A program made the translations under genes and the position numbers. 64,000 bases of DNA from Candidatus Krumholzibacteriia bacterium (GTDB taxonomy: Bacteria; Krumholzibacteriota; Krumholzibacteriia; Krumholzibacteriales; Krumholzibacteriaceae): contig JAGLYV010000078.1 in NCBI GenBank assembly GCA_023131975.1, positions 73,240 through 137,239 of the forward strand, written 5' to 3'. Below the pieces are notes generated by a model that had not been told where the DNA came from, searched no databases, and saw nothing but the letters and a program-made list of their open reading frames with translations. This document shows, in pieces, positions 18,422 to 26,937 of this stretch. Within the stretch, counting starts at the first letter, position 1. Each line of letters starts with the position of its first letter.

Positions 18422-20004
18422 GAAAAACAGGATGGGTCTCTATTCTGATCATCGGGACTTTTCTGACCATGGCAGGTCCGGATCCGGTCAAGTCTAACGG
18501 AAAAAGAGGTCTTTCCATGAAGAACGGCGTACGTTTGCCGGCAGTAGCCGGGCAGTTCTATCCCGATGATCCTGAAGTTCTTCGTAACGAGATCAAAACG
18601 ATGTTTGAAAAGATCGATAACACCCCTCCCGCCGGAACAATCATCGCTCTGGTTTCTCCCCACGCGGGATATGTCTATTCCGGCCAGGTAGCGGCTGAAG
18701 CATTCGCTCGTCTTGAAGAGGGGCAGTTCGAGACAGTCGTCGTCATTTCTCCATGCCACATCGATTTCTTCCCCTATGCTTCCATATTTCATGGTGATGC
18801 CTACAGGACACCCCTTGGAGATATCCAGATCGATTCTACTCTTGCCGTCGCTATCGCGGGCGGTAGCGATTTGATAAAGATCGGTGAATCCGGCCATGTA
18901 GCCGGAAGTAGCGGCAGAGGGGAACATTCTCTCGAAGTTCAACTGCCTTTCCTGCAAGTCGCTCTCGGTGAATTCAAACTCGTACCGATCGTCATGGGAG
19001 ATCAGTCAGCTGACATCATCAAAGAGCTCGCTGCCGCGCTTGGCAGGGAACTGAAAGACAGGAATGTCCTCATGGTCGCGAGTACCGATCTTTCCCATTT
19101 CCACAGCGCTGGTACCGCGGAGTCTCTGGACAGGGTATTCATAGAGAATCTCACCGACCTCGCGCCTGACAAACTGATGCGTTCGATTTCCACACGGCAG
19201 ACTGAAGCCTGTGGAGGCGGCCCGACAGCTGCCGTCATGATAGCAGCGAAAGAACTTGGCGCCGATTGTTGTACTATTCTCAAATACGCAGATTCCGGAG
19301 ATGTCAGCGGGGACGATACGAGTGTCGTTGGATATGTATCAGCATCCATCTCAAGATCTTCTCAACACTCCAAAGACTGTATCGGAAAAGAAAAGCTGAA
19401 GGAACAAGGGTCCCTTAACGATGGTATGGACAATAACAGGGAATCTGGACTTACCGATTCTGACATGAGATTTCTACTTTCTTACGCAAGACACATCCTT
19501 GAAACTTCATTCAACGAAAAGAAAACCGAGCTTACCATCCCCACCTCCGCCATATTGCGTGAGAAACGAGGTGGATTCGTCACCCTTCACAAGAATAACA
19601 GGCTGCGCGGCTGTATAGGATATATCGAAGCCATAAAGCCCCTTATCGATACAATCGCGGAAATGGCCGAAGCGGCCGCGTTTCACGATCATCGTTTTCC
19701 CCCTCTCCGAAAAGAGGAACTTCTCGATATTACCATAGAGATCTCCGTACTCAGCCCCGTCAGAAAGATCGAAGATGTGTCAAACATCGTAGTGGGAAAG
19801 CACGGCATCATCATTTCAGCCGGGGGTCACAGAGGACTTCTTCTCCCACAGGTCGCCACTGAATGGAAATGGGACAGGGAGACATTCCTCTCGCAGACTT
19901 GCCTGAAAGCTGGACTCGATCCGGATGCCTGGAAAGATAAAGAAACGATTATCGAGATCTTTTCAGCAAAGATCTTCTCCGAGAAGGAAATGGGAATGCG
20001 ATAG
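18412..20004 (+). CDS. amrB: AmmeMemoRadiSam protein B (Memo) fused to protein A (AMMECR1)
   Basis: Memo motifs PAVAGQFYP, PHAGYVYSG, EHSLEVQLPFL, STDLSHF, ACGGGP followed by AMMECR1 motifs LRGCIG, DHRFPPL, GLLLPQVA. Confidence 0.92.
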   Translation: MVLRKTGWVSILIIGTFLTMAGPDPVKSNGKRGLSMKNGVRLPAVAGQFYPDDPEVLRNEIKTMFEKIDNTPPAGTIIALVSPHAGYVYSGQVAAEAFARLEEGQFETVVVISPCHIDFFPYASIFHGDAYRTPLGDIQIDSTLAVAIAGGSDLIKIGESGHVAGSSGRGEHSLEVQLPFLQVALGEFKLVPIVMGDQSADIIKELAAALGRELKDRNVLMVASTDLSHFHSAGTAESLDRVFIENLTDLAPDKLMRSISTRQTEACGGGPTAAVMIAAKELGADCCTILKYADSGDVSGDDTSVVGYVSASISRSSQHSKDCIGKEKLKEQGSLNDGMDNNRESGLTDSDMRFLLSYARHILETSFNEKKTELTIPTSAILREKRGGFVTLHKNNRLRGCIGYIEAIKPLIDTIAEMAEAAAFHDHRFPPLRKEELLDITIEISVLSPVRKIEDVSNIVVGKHGIIISAGGHRGLLLPQVATEWKWDRETFLSQTCLKAGLDPDAWKDKETIIEIFSAKIFSEKEMGMR

Positions 20005-20009
20005 CCGTA

Positions 20010-22235
20010 TCAGTCGCTTACTCGACCGACCGCAAGAACTGAACCCACCCCATGCAGAAGGATCACCAGGGCCAGGGTCCACCATGTCCCCACTGCCGGT
20101 ATAAGGACCAGACTTCCAATAATACCACCCACACACCCTCCCAGAAGATCGAGTGAATAATAAAGGGCTGGATTTCTGTCAAGTGAGGCTATTGAAGATG
20201 CCTTGACAGATGCGAGAAAATAGGAGCCGGCAAGGAGACCGTTCAGGAACGAGAAAAGGTAGGTGCCAGCTTCGTGCGCTCTATAGCCGATTCCCGTTCT
20301 TTCCGAGATTACCAGAAATAAGACAAATGAAAGCACCATCATAAGAATAATAATGTGGAGATTCCGACGCTTGTGAAGAACGGCATATCTTTCGGCCAGG
20401 AATCCGCCGGAGCCTAAGGCGGCGCCTGCCATGAAGGAAGCTGAGATCATGACGATACCGTGATAAATGACTCCTGCGACAGCCTGAAGATCCATGATTA
20501 AAACAATCTGAAATACGAGAGCCGCAAATCCGGTCATAATGATCCCGGATCCGGTGTTTCTGTTTCCCCGAACTCCCAGCAGACCTATAAACGGAAGAAC
20601 GGTCAGGATGAGGATCGCTATGCGGGGAACATTGCCGTATCCAGCGAGAAGGGAAAGGACTCTGTTTCCGACACGCCTTGATTCCAGTTCGAGTTCGTAG
20701 TCCACCAGCGCGGGCATCCTGTCACTGTTGATCCTGACGTTGTTTCCACCTTCCATCGCCTTCATGAGATGACTGACCCTTTCCACACCCAACCTTTCCG
20801 GCAACGCGTCTCCTGTAAAGAACCCTGAATCCAACTCTCTCTCTCTCAGCTTGTCCATAATGTCATTGGCCCGTACTTTTCTACTTCCCGCAATAAAGTG
20901 TGCCGTGCTGCCGGGAAAGACAGATACCGAATCGAACTCCTCTTCGAGTGTGCGGTAGATACAGGACAAGGCTCTGGAAAGCTCGGGGGAAATATAGTTT
21001 TCGGACGATCTATGGGATAATGCCAGAAATCCACCGGATCGCAGACGATCCGACACCTCCCTGAAGAACTCTTTTGTGTAATATCGGTTCCACATCAGGT
21101 TTATCGGAAGAGGGGTATTGATAATGATCAGGTCGTACATATCGCTGGTCGACGAAAGATATCTTCTTGCGTCATCGATGATCCATTCGACTGAGGGGGC
21201 TTCCGGCCCGGCATTGTCCCGACTGGAAGATGCGGGCCCATATTTCCCGTAGAGTTCCAATAACGACCTGTCCAGTTCTACACAGTGGATATCCCTGACT
21301 CCCCGATGTAAAGATATCTCATCGATCGTCCCTCCAATAGTCCCTCCCGCAAGCAGGATTCTTTCCGGATCGTCAACTGAAAGCATCGGTATGTGGACAG
21401 CTTCACCGGCTCCGACAGGGTCCGGCACGGAAAACAGCCTTCCACCACCCGAGTATATGGATATGATCTCTCCCGAACTGACCATGTCGGACTCGCTGTA
21501 CCGTGATGAGGTGGAGGCTATGTAATCGTACCCCCTGTAGATATGTCTTCTGCTGTCCTGATCGATCTTGCTTCCACCGAATATGATCAACCCTGCAGCA
21601 GATACTGAAAGTGCTATCGCTACAAATGAGATCTTTCCACGAAAAGGGTACGCCGTAGTCGCGATAATGACTGCCGAAATTATGAGAGCTGCTTCGAAAT
21701 GCGAAAACCACCGCAGAAGAAGAGTATTAAAAAGCAGCCCTCCCACTACAGCCCCGACTGCCTCCAGGCAGTAGACCCTCGAAATCGTACTTTTCAGACC
21801 GTTCTCATCCGAGTCCCGGGATCTGACAGCCATATTGAATAATGCCCCGAAAATAATGGCTGTAGGAGCTATGACAAAAAATGCGAAAATAAGAGCCCGG
21901 CCATATTCGGGAATCGTACCTGGAGGAAAAGCCAGCACGCTCCTTCCGGCTCTTATACCTATTACCGTGAAAGGCAGCAGAATCGAGACGATCAAAGCAA
22001 AAGAGCCCAGGACCGACTTGGAGTATTTTACTACCCTGGATGAGAAACGTGCCGCAGCCAGACCACCCATTCCAACCCAGAACAACCATGAAGAAAGGAT
22101 AAATCCGATCGTAAACTCAGTACCCGAGAAAAGACAGAGAAGCTCCCGGATGTACAAGGCCTGGGAACAGAGGGCCCCGGCCCCGAAAGCCACTATATGG
22201 ACAGTGGATGGATATTGACGATTAGCACAGGGCAA
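20010..22235 (-). CDS. Fused multi-TM (MFS-like)/spermidine-synthase-like protein
   Basis: TM blocks flank a Rossmann domain (ILLAGGTIGG, CVELD, DDARRYL, YDLIIINTPLP, YYTKEFF); TTG start at 22235 after a GGAGG SD (track start 22358 overlaps the upstream gene). Confidence 0.8.
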   Translation of the reverse strand: MPCANRQYPSTVHIVAFGAGALCSQALYIRELLCLFSGTEFTIGFILSSWLFWVGMGGLAAARFSSRVVKYSKSVLGSFALIVSILLPFTVIGIRAGRSVLAFPPGTIPEYGRALIFAFFVIAPTAIIFGALFNMAVRSRDSDENGLKSTISRVYCLEAVGAVVGGLLFNTLLLRWFSHFEAALIISAVIIATTAYPFRGKISFVAIALSVSAAGLIIFGGSKIDQDSRRHIYRGYDYIASTSSRYSESDMVSSGEIISIYSGGGRLFSVPDPVGAGEAVHIPMLSVDDPERILLAGGTIGGTIDEISLHRGVRDIHCVELDRSLLELYGKYGPASSSRDNAGPEAPSVEWIIDDARRYLSSTSDMYDLIIINTPLPINLMWNRYYTKEFFREVSDRLRSGGFLALSHRSSENYISPELSRALSCIYRTLEEEFDSVSVFPGSTAHFIAGSRKVRANDIMDKLRERELDSGFFTGDALPERLGVERVSHLMKAMEGGNNVRINSDRMPALVDYELELESRRVGNRVLSLLAGYGNVPRIAILILTVLPFIGLLGVRGNRNTGSGIIMTGFAALVFQIVLIMDLQAVAGVIYHGIVMISASFMAGAALGSGGFLAERYAVLHKRRNLHIIILMMVLSFVLFLVISERTGIGYRAHEAGTYLFSFLNGLLAGSYFLASVKASSIASLDRNPALYYSLDLLGGCVGGIIGSLVLIPAVGTWWTLALVILLHGVGSVLAVGRVSD

Positions 22236-22236
22236 T

Positions 22237-22611
22237 TTATCCGCCTCCGAAATAATCCTCTTCGAAGACCTTCTTAAAATCGAACACACCGGTAAAGTCG
22301 TCCATGTTGTCGTCATCCGTTTTCTCGAGCATTTTCTCCTCGACAAGATTGAATACAACGTGCCCGATATCGCTTGTATCGATCAGCCCCCACTCGTTGA
22401 AGACCTGTTTTGCCATCGGCCCGAATTGCCTCATCGCCTGCATCCGCAGTCCTTCAAGTAGTTCCAGCCCCGATATATGCCTTTTTTCCTTGAGCTCTGA
22501 CAGGACCACATCTATGACTCCGAGGACAAAAACATACGCCTCTCTGGCATATCTCCTGTCGCTTTCAAGTATGACAGAAAGAATTTCTTCCCGATCATTC
22601 AAATCATTCAT
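22237..22611 (-). CDS. Conserved hypothetical protein, Minf_1886-like family
   Basis: RYAREAYVFV, RHISGLELL, QFGPMAKQVFNEWG, DIGHVVFNLVE, DDNMDDF match the family pattern as I remember it. Confidence 0.7.
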   Translation of the reverse strand: MNDLNDREEILSVILESDRRYAREAYVFVLGVIDVVLSELKEKRHISGLELLEGLRMQAMRQFGPMAKQVFNEWGLIDTSDIGHVVFNLVEEKMLEKTDDDNMDDFTGVFDFKKVFEEDYFGGG

Positions 22612-24181
22612 TTTCGCTCCGCTTTATCACCGTATCCAAAGAATATTCCGGGTCTGTGTGAGGATGGTCCACATTGTAATGGAGCCCACGTGATTCCCTC
22701 CTCGAAATTGCGGACCTTATGACAAGACTGCTTACGAGAGCTATATTCCGAAGCTCGACCATATCAGCCGACAGGCCATATTCCACATACAGGTTCTCCA
22801 CTGTCTTTTTGATCTGTCCTATTCTTTCCCCGGCTATTCTAAGCCTCTCGTCCGATCTGACTATTCCGACATAGTCCCACATCACCCTGCGAGCCAGATC
22901 CCAATCATGGTCCAGGATTACAGTCTCAAGTTCTCCGGCACCATCATTGTCCGGGTAATCAGCTATAGCACCCTGTTTCCTTTCAGCCTTGGACGATCCG
23001 AGTCGTTTCGCGCATCTCCCCGCCATCACGATCGATTCGAGCAGGGAGTTGCTCGCAAGCCTGTTAGCCCCATGAACTCCTGAACAGGCTACTTCTCCTA
23101 TCACTGAAAGCCCATCGAGGTTTGTGGTACCATCGATCGAAGCTTTTACACCACCGACCATATAATGGGCCGCGGGAACTACCGGGATCGGGTCGGTCGA
23201 GATATCAATCCCGAATTCCAGACAACTTTCATAAATATATGGAAACCTCTCCTTCAGCCATGCCGCGGATCTATGGCTGATATCGAGAAGCACAAATTTA
23301 TCCCCGCTTCTTTTCATTTCGCTGTCTATAGCTCTCGCGACGACATCTCTCGGGGCAAGTTCCTCTCTTTCATCGTAATCGCTCATGAAAAACCGGTCTG
23401 ACTGGTCTTTGAGGCGTGCCCCCTCTCCACGAAGAGCTTCCGATATCAGGCGCGATTTTGCCTCTGGATGATAAAGGCAAGTCGGGTGAAACTGAACAAA
23501 TTCCAGGTTCGCTATCTCGGCCCCCGCTCTGTATGCCATCGCTATCCCGTCCCCTGTAGCAATGTCCGGATTGGAGGTATACAGATATATCTTTCCTGCC
23601 CCGCCTGTGGCAAGAACAGTCTCAGTCGCCTGACAGGCCTTGATCACACCCTTTGTCGTATCCAGCAGAAAAACACCGTTGATCCTGCCGTCACCATCCT
23701 GGATAAGATCGATTGCGAGACATGATTCCTCAATAACCACACGTTCATTCTCAATGCAGGCCCTTATCAGGTTCTCTTCAAGTTCTCTTCCGGTGATATC
23801 CCCATAATGTATTATGCGCGAGTGCGAATGCCCTCCTTCCCTTCCGAGGGAAAGGCTTCCTTCGCTTCCGGCCCGGCTGAATCTGACACCGAGTTCCATA
23901 AGTTCTTCGATCCTCGAAGGTCCCTCTCTGACCATGATCTCGACAGCTTCCCTGTCACAGAGACCTCTTCCACCTTCGATCGTATCCGCAATATGTGACT
24001 CGAACGAATCTGTCCCGGCTATTACAGAGGCGATTCCCCCCTGCGCGTAATTTGTATTCGACTGCGCGGCCTGTTTCTTCGTGACTACTCTCACATCAGC
24101 ATATTCAGCCGCCTTGAGAGCGAAAAAGAGTCCGGCTGCTCCGCTTCCAATAACAAGGATGTCGCTCGTTACAGTATCCAA
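22604..24181 (-). CDS. nadB: L-aspartate oxidase
   Basis: GSGAAGL, NTNYAQGGIA, QFHPT, SEALRGEG, HYMVGG, HGANRLASNSLLE; TTG start with AAGGAG SD. Confidence 0.95.
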   Translation of the reverse strand: MDTVTSDILVIGSGAAGLFFALKAAEYADVRVVTKKQAAQSNTNYAQGGIASVIAGTDSFESHIADTIEGGRGLCDREAVEIMVREGPSRIEELMELGVRFSRAGSEGSLSLGREGGHSHSRIIHYGDITGRELEENLIRACIENERVVIEESCLAIDLIQDGDGRINGVFLLDTTKGVIKACQATETVLATGGAGKIYLYTSNPDIATGDGIAMAYRAGAEIANLEFVQFHPTCLYHPEAKSRLISEALRGEGARLKDQSDRFFMSDYDEREELAPRDVVARAIDSEMKRSGDKFVLLDISHRSAAWLKERFPYIYESCLEFGIDISTDPIPVVPAAHYMVGGVKASIDGTTNLDGLSVIGEVACSGVHGANRLASNSLLESIVMAGRCAKRLGSSKAERKQGAIADYPDNDGAGELETVILDHDWDLARRVMWDYVGIVRSDERLRIAGERIGQIKKTVENLYVEYGLSADMVELRNIALVSSLVIRSAISRRESRGLHYNVDHPHTDPEYSLDTVIKRSENE

Positions 24182-24202
24182 AGTTTCTCCTTTGCCATCA
24201 GT

Positions 24203-24231
24203 ATAATAGAAAATCGGGAAATATCAGGCAA
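24203..24231 (-). promoter_or_regulatory. Sigma-70-type promoter of nadB
   Basis: TTGCCT-N17-TATTAT. Confidence 0.5.
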
Positions 24232-24343
24232 CATAAAGAAGTGCAATCTGCATTTCCTTCCGCCCCATGGATTTACTCAATAAATACGCTACTTTCATCT
24301 TGTTGCAAGACAGACAGTTACGCCGGCTTACATTTTACGCACT

Positions 24344-24358
24344 TGGCACAATCATTGC
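24344..24358 (+). promoter_or_regulatory. Sigma-54 (-24/-12) promoter
   Basis: TTGGCAC-AATCA-TTGC, exact match to TGGCAC-N5-TTGC, intergenic, about 55 nt upstream of the ATG at 24412. Confidence 0.75.
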
Positions 24359-24411
24359 GTATGTCCAATTGAAAACTAATAATGCCAGGCACAAATGAGG
24401 AGGTTACCCGA

Positions 24412-25032
24412 ATGTCCACAAGGAAATTGACTACGCTGGCGGTTATTACAATGATAGTGATCGGCGCCCTTGGTGCCGGTTGTGACAACGACAACGCCTA
24501 TGATGAACGAACCGTCGTTTATGTCAGCAATATCAACGAAGGTTTCCCATTCATCAGCGATGTTCTCAACCAGGGCCAGAAATTACTCGACGAGGACACT
24601 GGCACATATGACACCAGTGACGACTATATCATCGAGGATTGGATGAAAGTCGAGTTCCACAACAGGCCATACAACTCTGTCATAGATCCGAACGCGAGTT
24701 CTCTTGGCGATTTCCTCGTGACTAGCTATGATGTTGTGTTCACAAGGCTCGACGGTAGCGCTACAACGATTGTAGAAAACTTCACGGGCCTGATGAGCCT
24801 GATGGTTCCGGCAGACTCAAAAGTCGAAGCAGTCATACTTATCGTCCCCTATGCCGCGAAACTGCTTCCGACACTGGTAGGCCTCCAGTATAACGCCGGA
24901 GAAGTAATGGCTCATGCCCAGGTGACTTTTCATGGCCATGAGGTTCAGACGGACAGGGATATTCAATTCAGTGCCGGCGTCATAGTAACGTTTGCGGATA
25001 TTATTACTGATGAAGATCCGAACGAACATTGA
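24412..25032 (+). CDS. Orphan lipoprotein of unknown function
   Basis: MSTRKL start after a GGAGG SD; lipobox-like LGAGC; acidic beta-rich mature domain. Confidence 0.75.
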   Translation: MSTRKLTTLAVITMIVIGALGAGCDNDNAYDERTVVYVSNINEGFPFISDVLNQGQKLLDEDTGTYDTSDDYIIEDWMKVEFHNRPYNSVIDPNASSLGDFLVTSYDVVFTRLDGSATTIVENFTGLMSLMVPADSKVEAVILIVPYAAKLLPTLVGLQYNAGEVMAHAQVTFHGHEVQTDRDIQFSAGVIVTFADIITDEDPNEH

Positions 25033-25064
25033 TAGGATTTATCGGGTAGCACAGTGAATATTAC

Positions 25065-25100
25065 GACCGGACCCCCACACGGGTGGTCCGGTCTTTTTTT
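25065..25100 (+). terminator. Rho-independent terminator
   Basis: GACCGGACC/GGTCCGGTC 9-bp stem followed by a T run of 7 or more. Confidence 0.85.
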
Positions 25101-25101
25101 A

Positions 25102-26220
25102 TCATCCCAAAAGAGATTCGATATCCGGTATCACGGCCTCGACCCTGAGAGCCAGAAGCAGATCGTCATCGAAGAATCCCTTGACCTTATTGATATCCTT
25201 CTCCGTGGTGATGTATGCAGGCTTTCCGGCAGAGGCACCCCTCATCACATCTACATCGGCCTCTGAGTAATCATGATGGTCCTCAAACCGTATCGATACT
25301 GTCGGCTCTATCCCCATCCCTGTCATTGAACGCTCGAACGATTCCGGGCGGGCGATCCCGGAGAAGAGGATCACTTCCCGGCCCTCCAGGCTCTCGATAC
25401 TGACTCGATTACCGTCCCCATCGACAAGACCTGACACTTCGTGTCTGGCAAACAATATCTTCTTTCCTTTTGTCAGAGTACGGGCATCGGGAGGAATGCT
25501 TCTACCATCCGATCTCGTAAATATGACTACATCCGCTCTCTCGGCAGCTTCGGGACGCTCACGCAGAGTCCCCGCGGGTATCAGGCGATGGTTTCCAAAG
25601 GGTCTTCGCGCGTCGAGCAGGAGGATATTCAGATCTACAGAGACTTCCGTATGCCTGAAAGCATCGTCAAGAAGGATATAGTCAGGCCGGAACAGGTGTC
25701 CGGCCGACTCGATGCCCCGAGATCTGTTCGGATCTATTACTACAGGTATCTTCCTCGACATGTAAATATATCCCTCATCTCCTGTCACTTCTATTCCTGC
25801 GACCTTTCCTTTCCTGCCTTCCATCTGTTTTTCCAATTCTGTCGAAAGGATCCATCTCCCATCGAATTCATGAACGACTTCGCCATCGGGAACGACTGCC
25901 ACAGACATTCCCTTTTTTTCCGCGGCACTACCATAACCCCGTGTTACCACGGCTACCCTTTTACCCTTTTTCATGAGATAAGAAGCTATCGCCAGAGTCA
26001 CGGGAGTCTTACCACTTCCTCCCGCTTCAAGATTACCGATGGATATCACTTGAAAGTTGCCGATAGATGCCGACGGTTCCCGTTTCCTGCCATCCCTCTT
26101 GATATCGAGATAAATCCCGTATAAAACAGCGAGGAAAAACCTGATCGGTCCCAGCAGGACATACCAGCCTTTTCCCAGAAACAACTTTAATCCCAACGGA
26201 TAACGTTCAATTATCCTCAT
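25102..26220 (-). CDS. lpxK: Tetraacyldisaccharide 4'-kinase
   Basis: ISIGNLEAGGSGKTP, VTRGYG, GDE, LLDDAF, LIPAGTLRE, FEDHHDY, TTEKD; probable start 26220. Confidence 0.92.
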   Translation of the reverse strand: MRIIERYPLGLKLFLGKGWYVLLGPIRFFLAVLYGIYLDIKRDGRKREPSASIGNFQVISIGNLEAGGSGKTPVTLAIASYLMKKGKRVAVVTRGYGSAAEKKGMSVAVVPDGEVVHEFDGRWILSTELEKQMEGRKGKVAGIEVTGDEGYIYMSRKIPVVIDPNRSRGIESAGHLFRPDYILLDDAFRHTEVSVDLNILLLDARRPFGNHRLIPAGTLRERPEAAERADVVIFTRSDGRSIPPDARTLTKGKKILFARHEVSGLVDGDGNRVSIESLEGREVILFSGIARPESFERSMTGMGIEPTVSIRFEDHHDYSEADVDVMRGASAGKPAYITTEKDINKVKGFFDDDLLLALRVEAVIPDIESLLG

Positions 26221-26890
26221 GGGGCCACACCTCCACACCTTCGTGTCCCGCTTCAATGTCCAGCTCTGCCGTCAACTCGCCAAGATATTTCTCGAGTTCT
26301 CTCCTTTTTGTCTCTCTTTCAGCCCCCGATTCATCTTTCGTGACAACAAAAGGCCTGCCATACTTTACTATGACCTTTGTGAAAGGAGCAGGAAGTTGGA
26401 ATCTGTCCCATGAAGACAGGAGTTTTCGCCGCACAGCGGTGTTCGTCACAGGTACGATCGCGCACGATGTCAGCCTGCTGAGTTCAACCGCGCCCTGCTG
26501 CATCTTTCCTCTCGGTCCTCTCGGGCCATCCACTGCCAGGGCTATATCCTGCCCCCGGCTCAATACAGCCATCAGACTCCTGATCGCTCTTGCTCCACCC
26601 TTCGAGGTGGAACCCTTGAGTTGACCGAATCCAAGCCGTTCTATGATCCTGCCCAGCAGGTCACCATCATAGTGGTCCGAAGTAAGCGCCTGGATCGACT
26701 GGTTCCGGTGAGTCCAGCTCAGTACGAGAAGTCTTCCATGCCAGAATGAAAATATCAGATTCGGAGAAAGCCCTCTGGCCTCGTCGAGATACCCGGAATC
26801 CTGCCACTCGACTCGCCATGTCATCGCCAGAAGCCTGATAAATAATGCTCCTAAAATGCTGGTGGCCGTCTTATTTAATCTGATCTTCAT
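26207..26890 (-). CDS. DUF374/lysophospholipid acyltransferase-like protein
   Basis: FWHGRL, GSTSKGGARA, AVDGPRGPR, SWDRFQLPAPF motifs. Confidence 0.75.
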   Translation of the reverse strand: MKIRLNKTATSILGALFIRLLAMTWRVEWQDSGYLDEARGLSPNLIFSFWHGRLLVLSWTHRNQSIQALTSDHYDGDLLGRIIERLGFGQLKGSTSKGGARAIRSLMAVLSRGQDIALAVDGPRGPRGKMQQGAVELSRLTSCAIVPVTNTAVRRKLLSSWDRFQLPAPFTKVIVKYGRPFVVTKDESGAERETKRRELEKYLGELTAELDIEAGHEGVEVWPHEDN

Positions 26891-26937
26891 AGCCCTGTCT
26901 CTCTGTCAGGATCTTTCCCTGCTTCCACCCCTGATCG

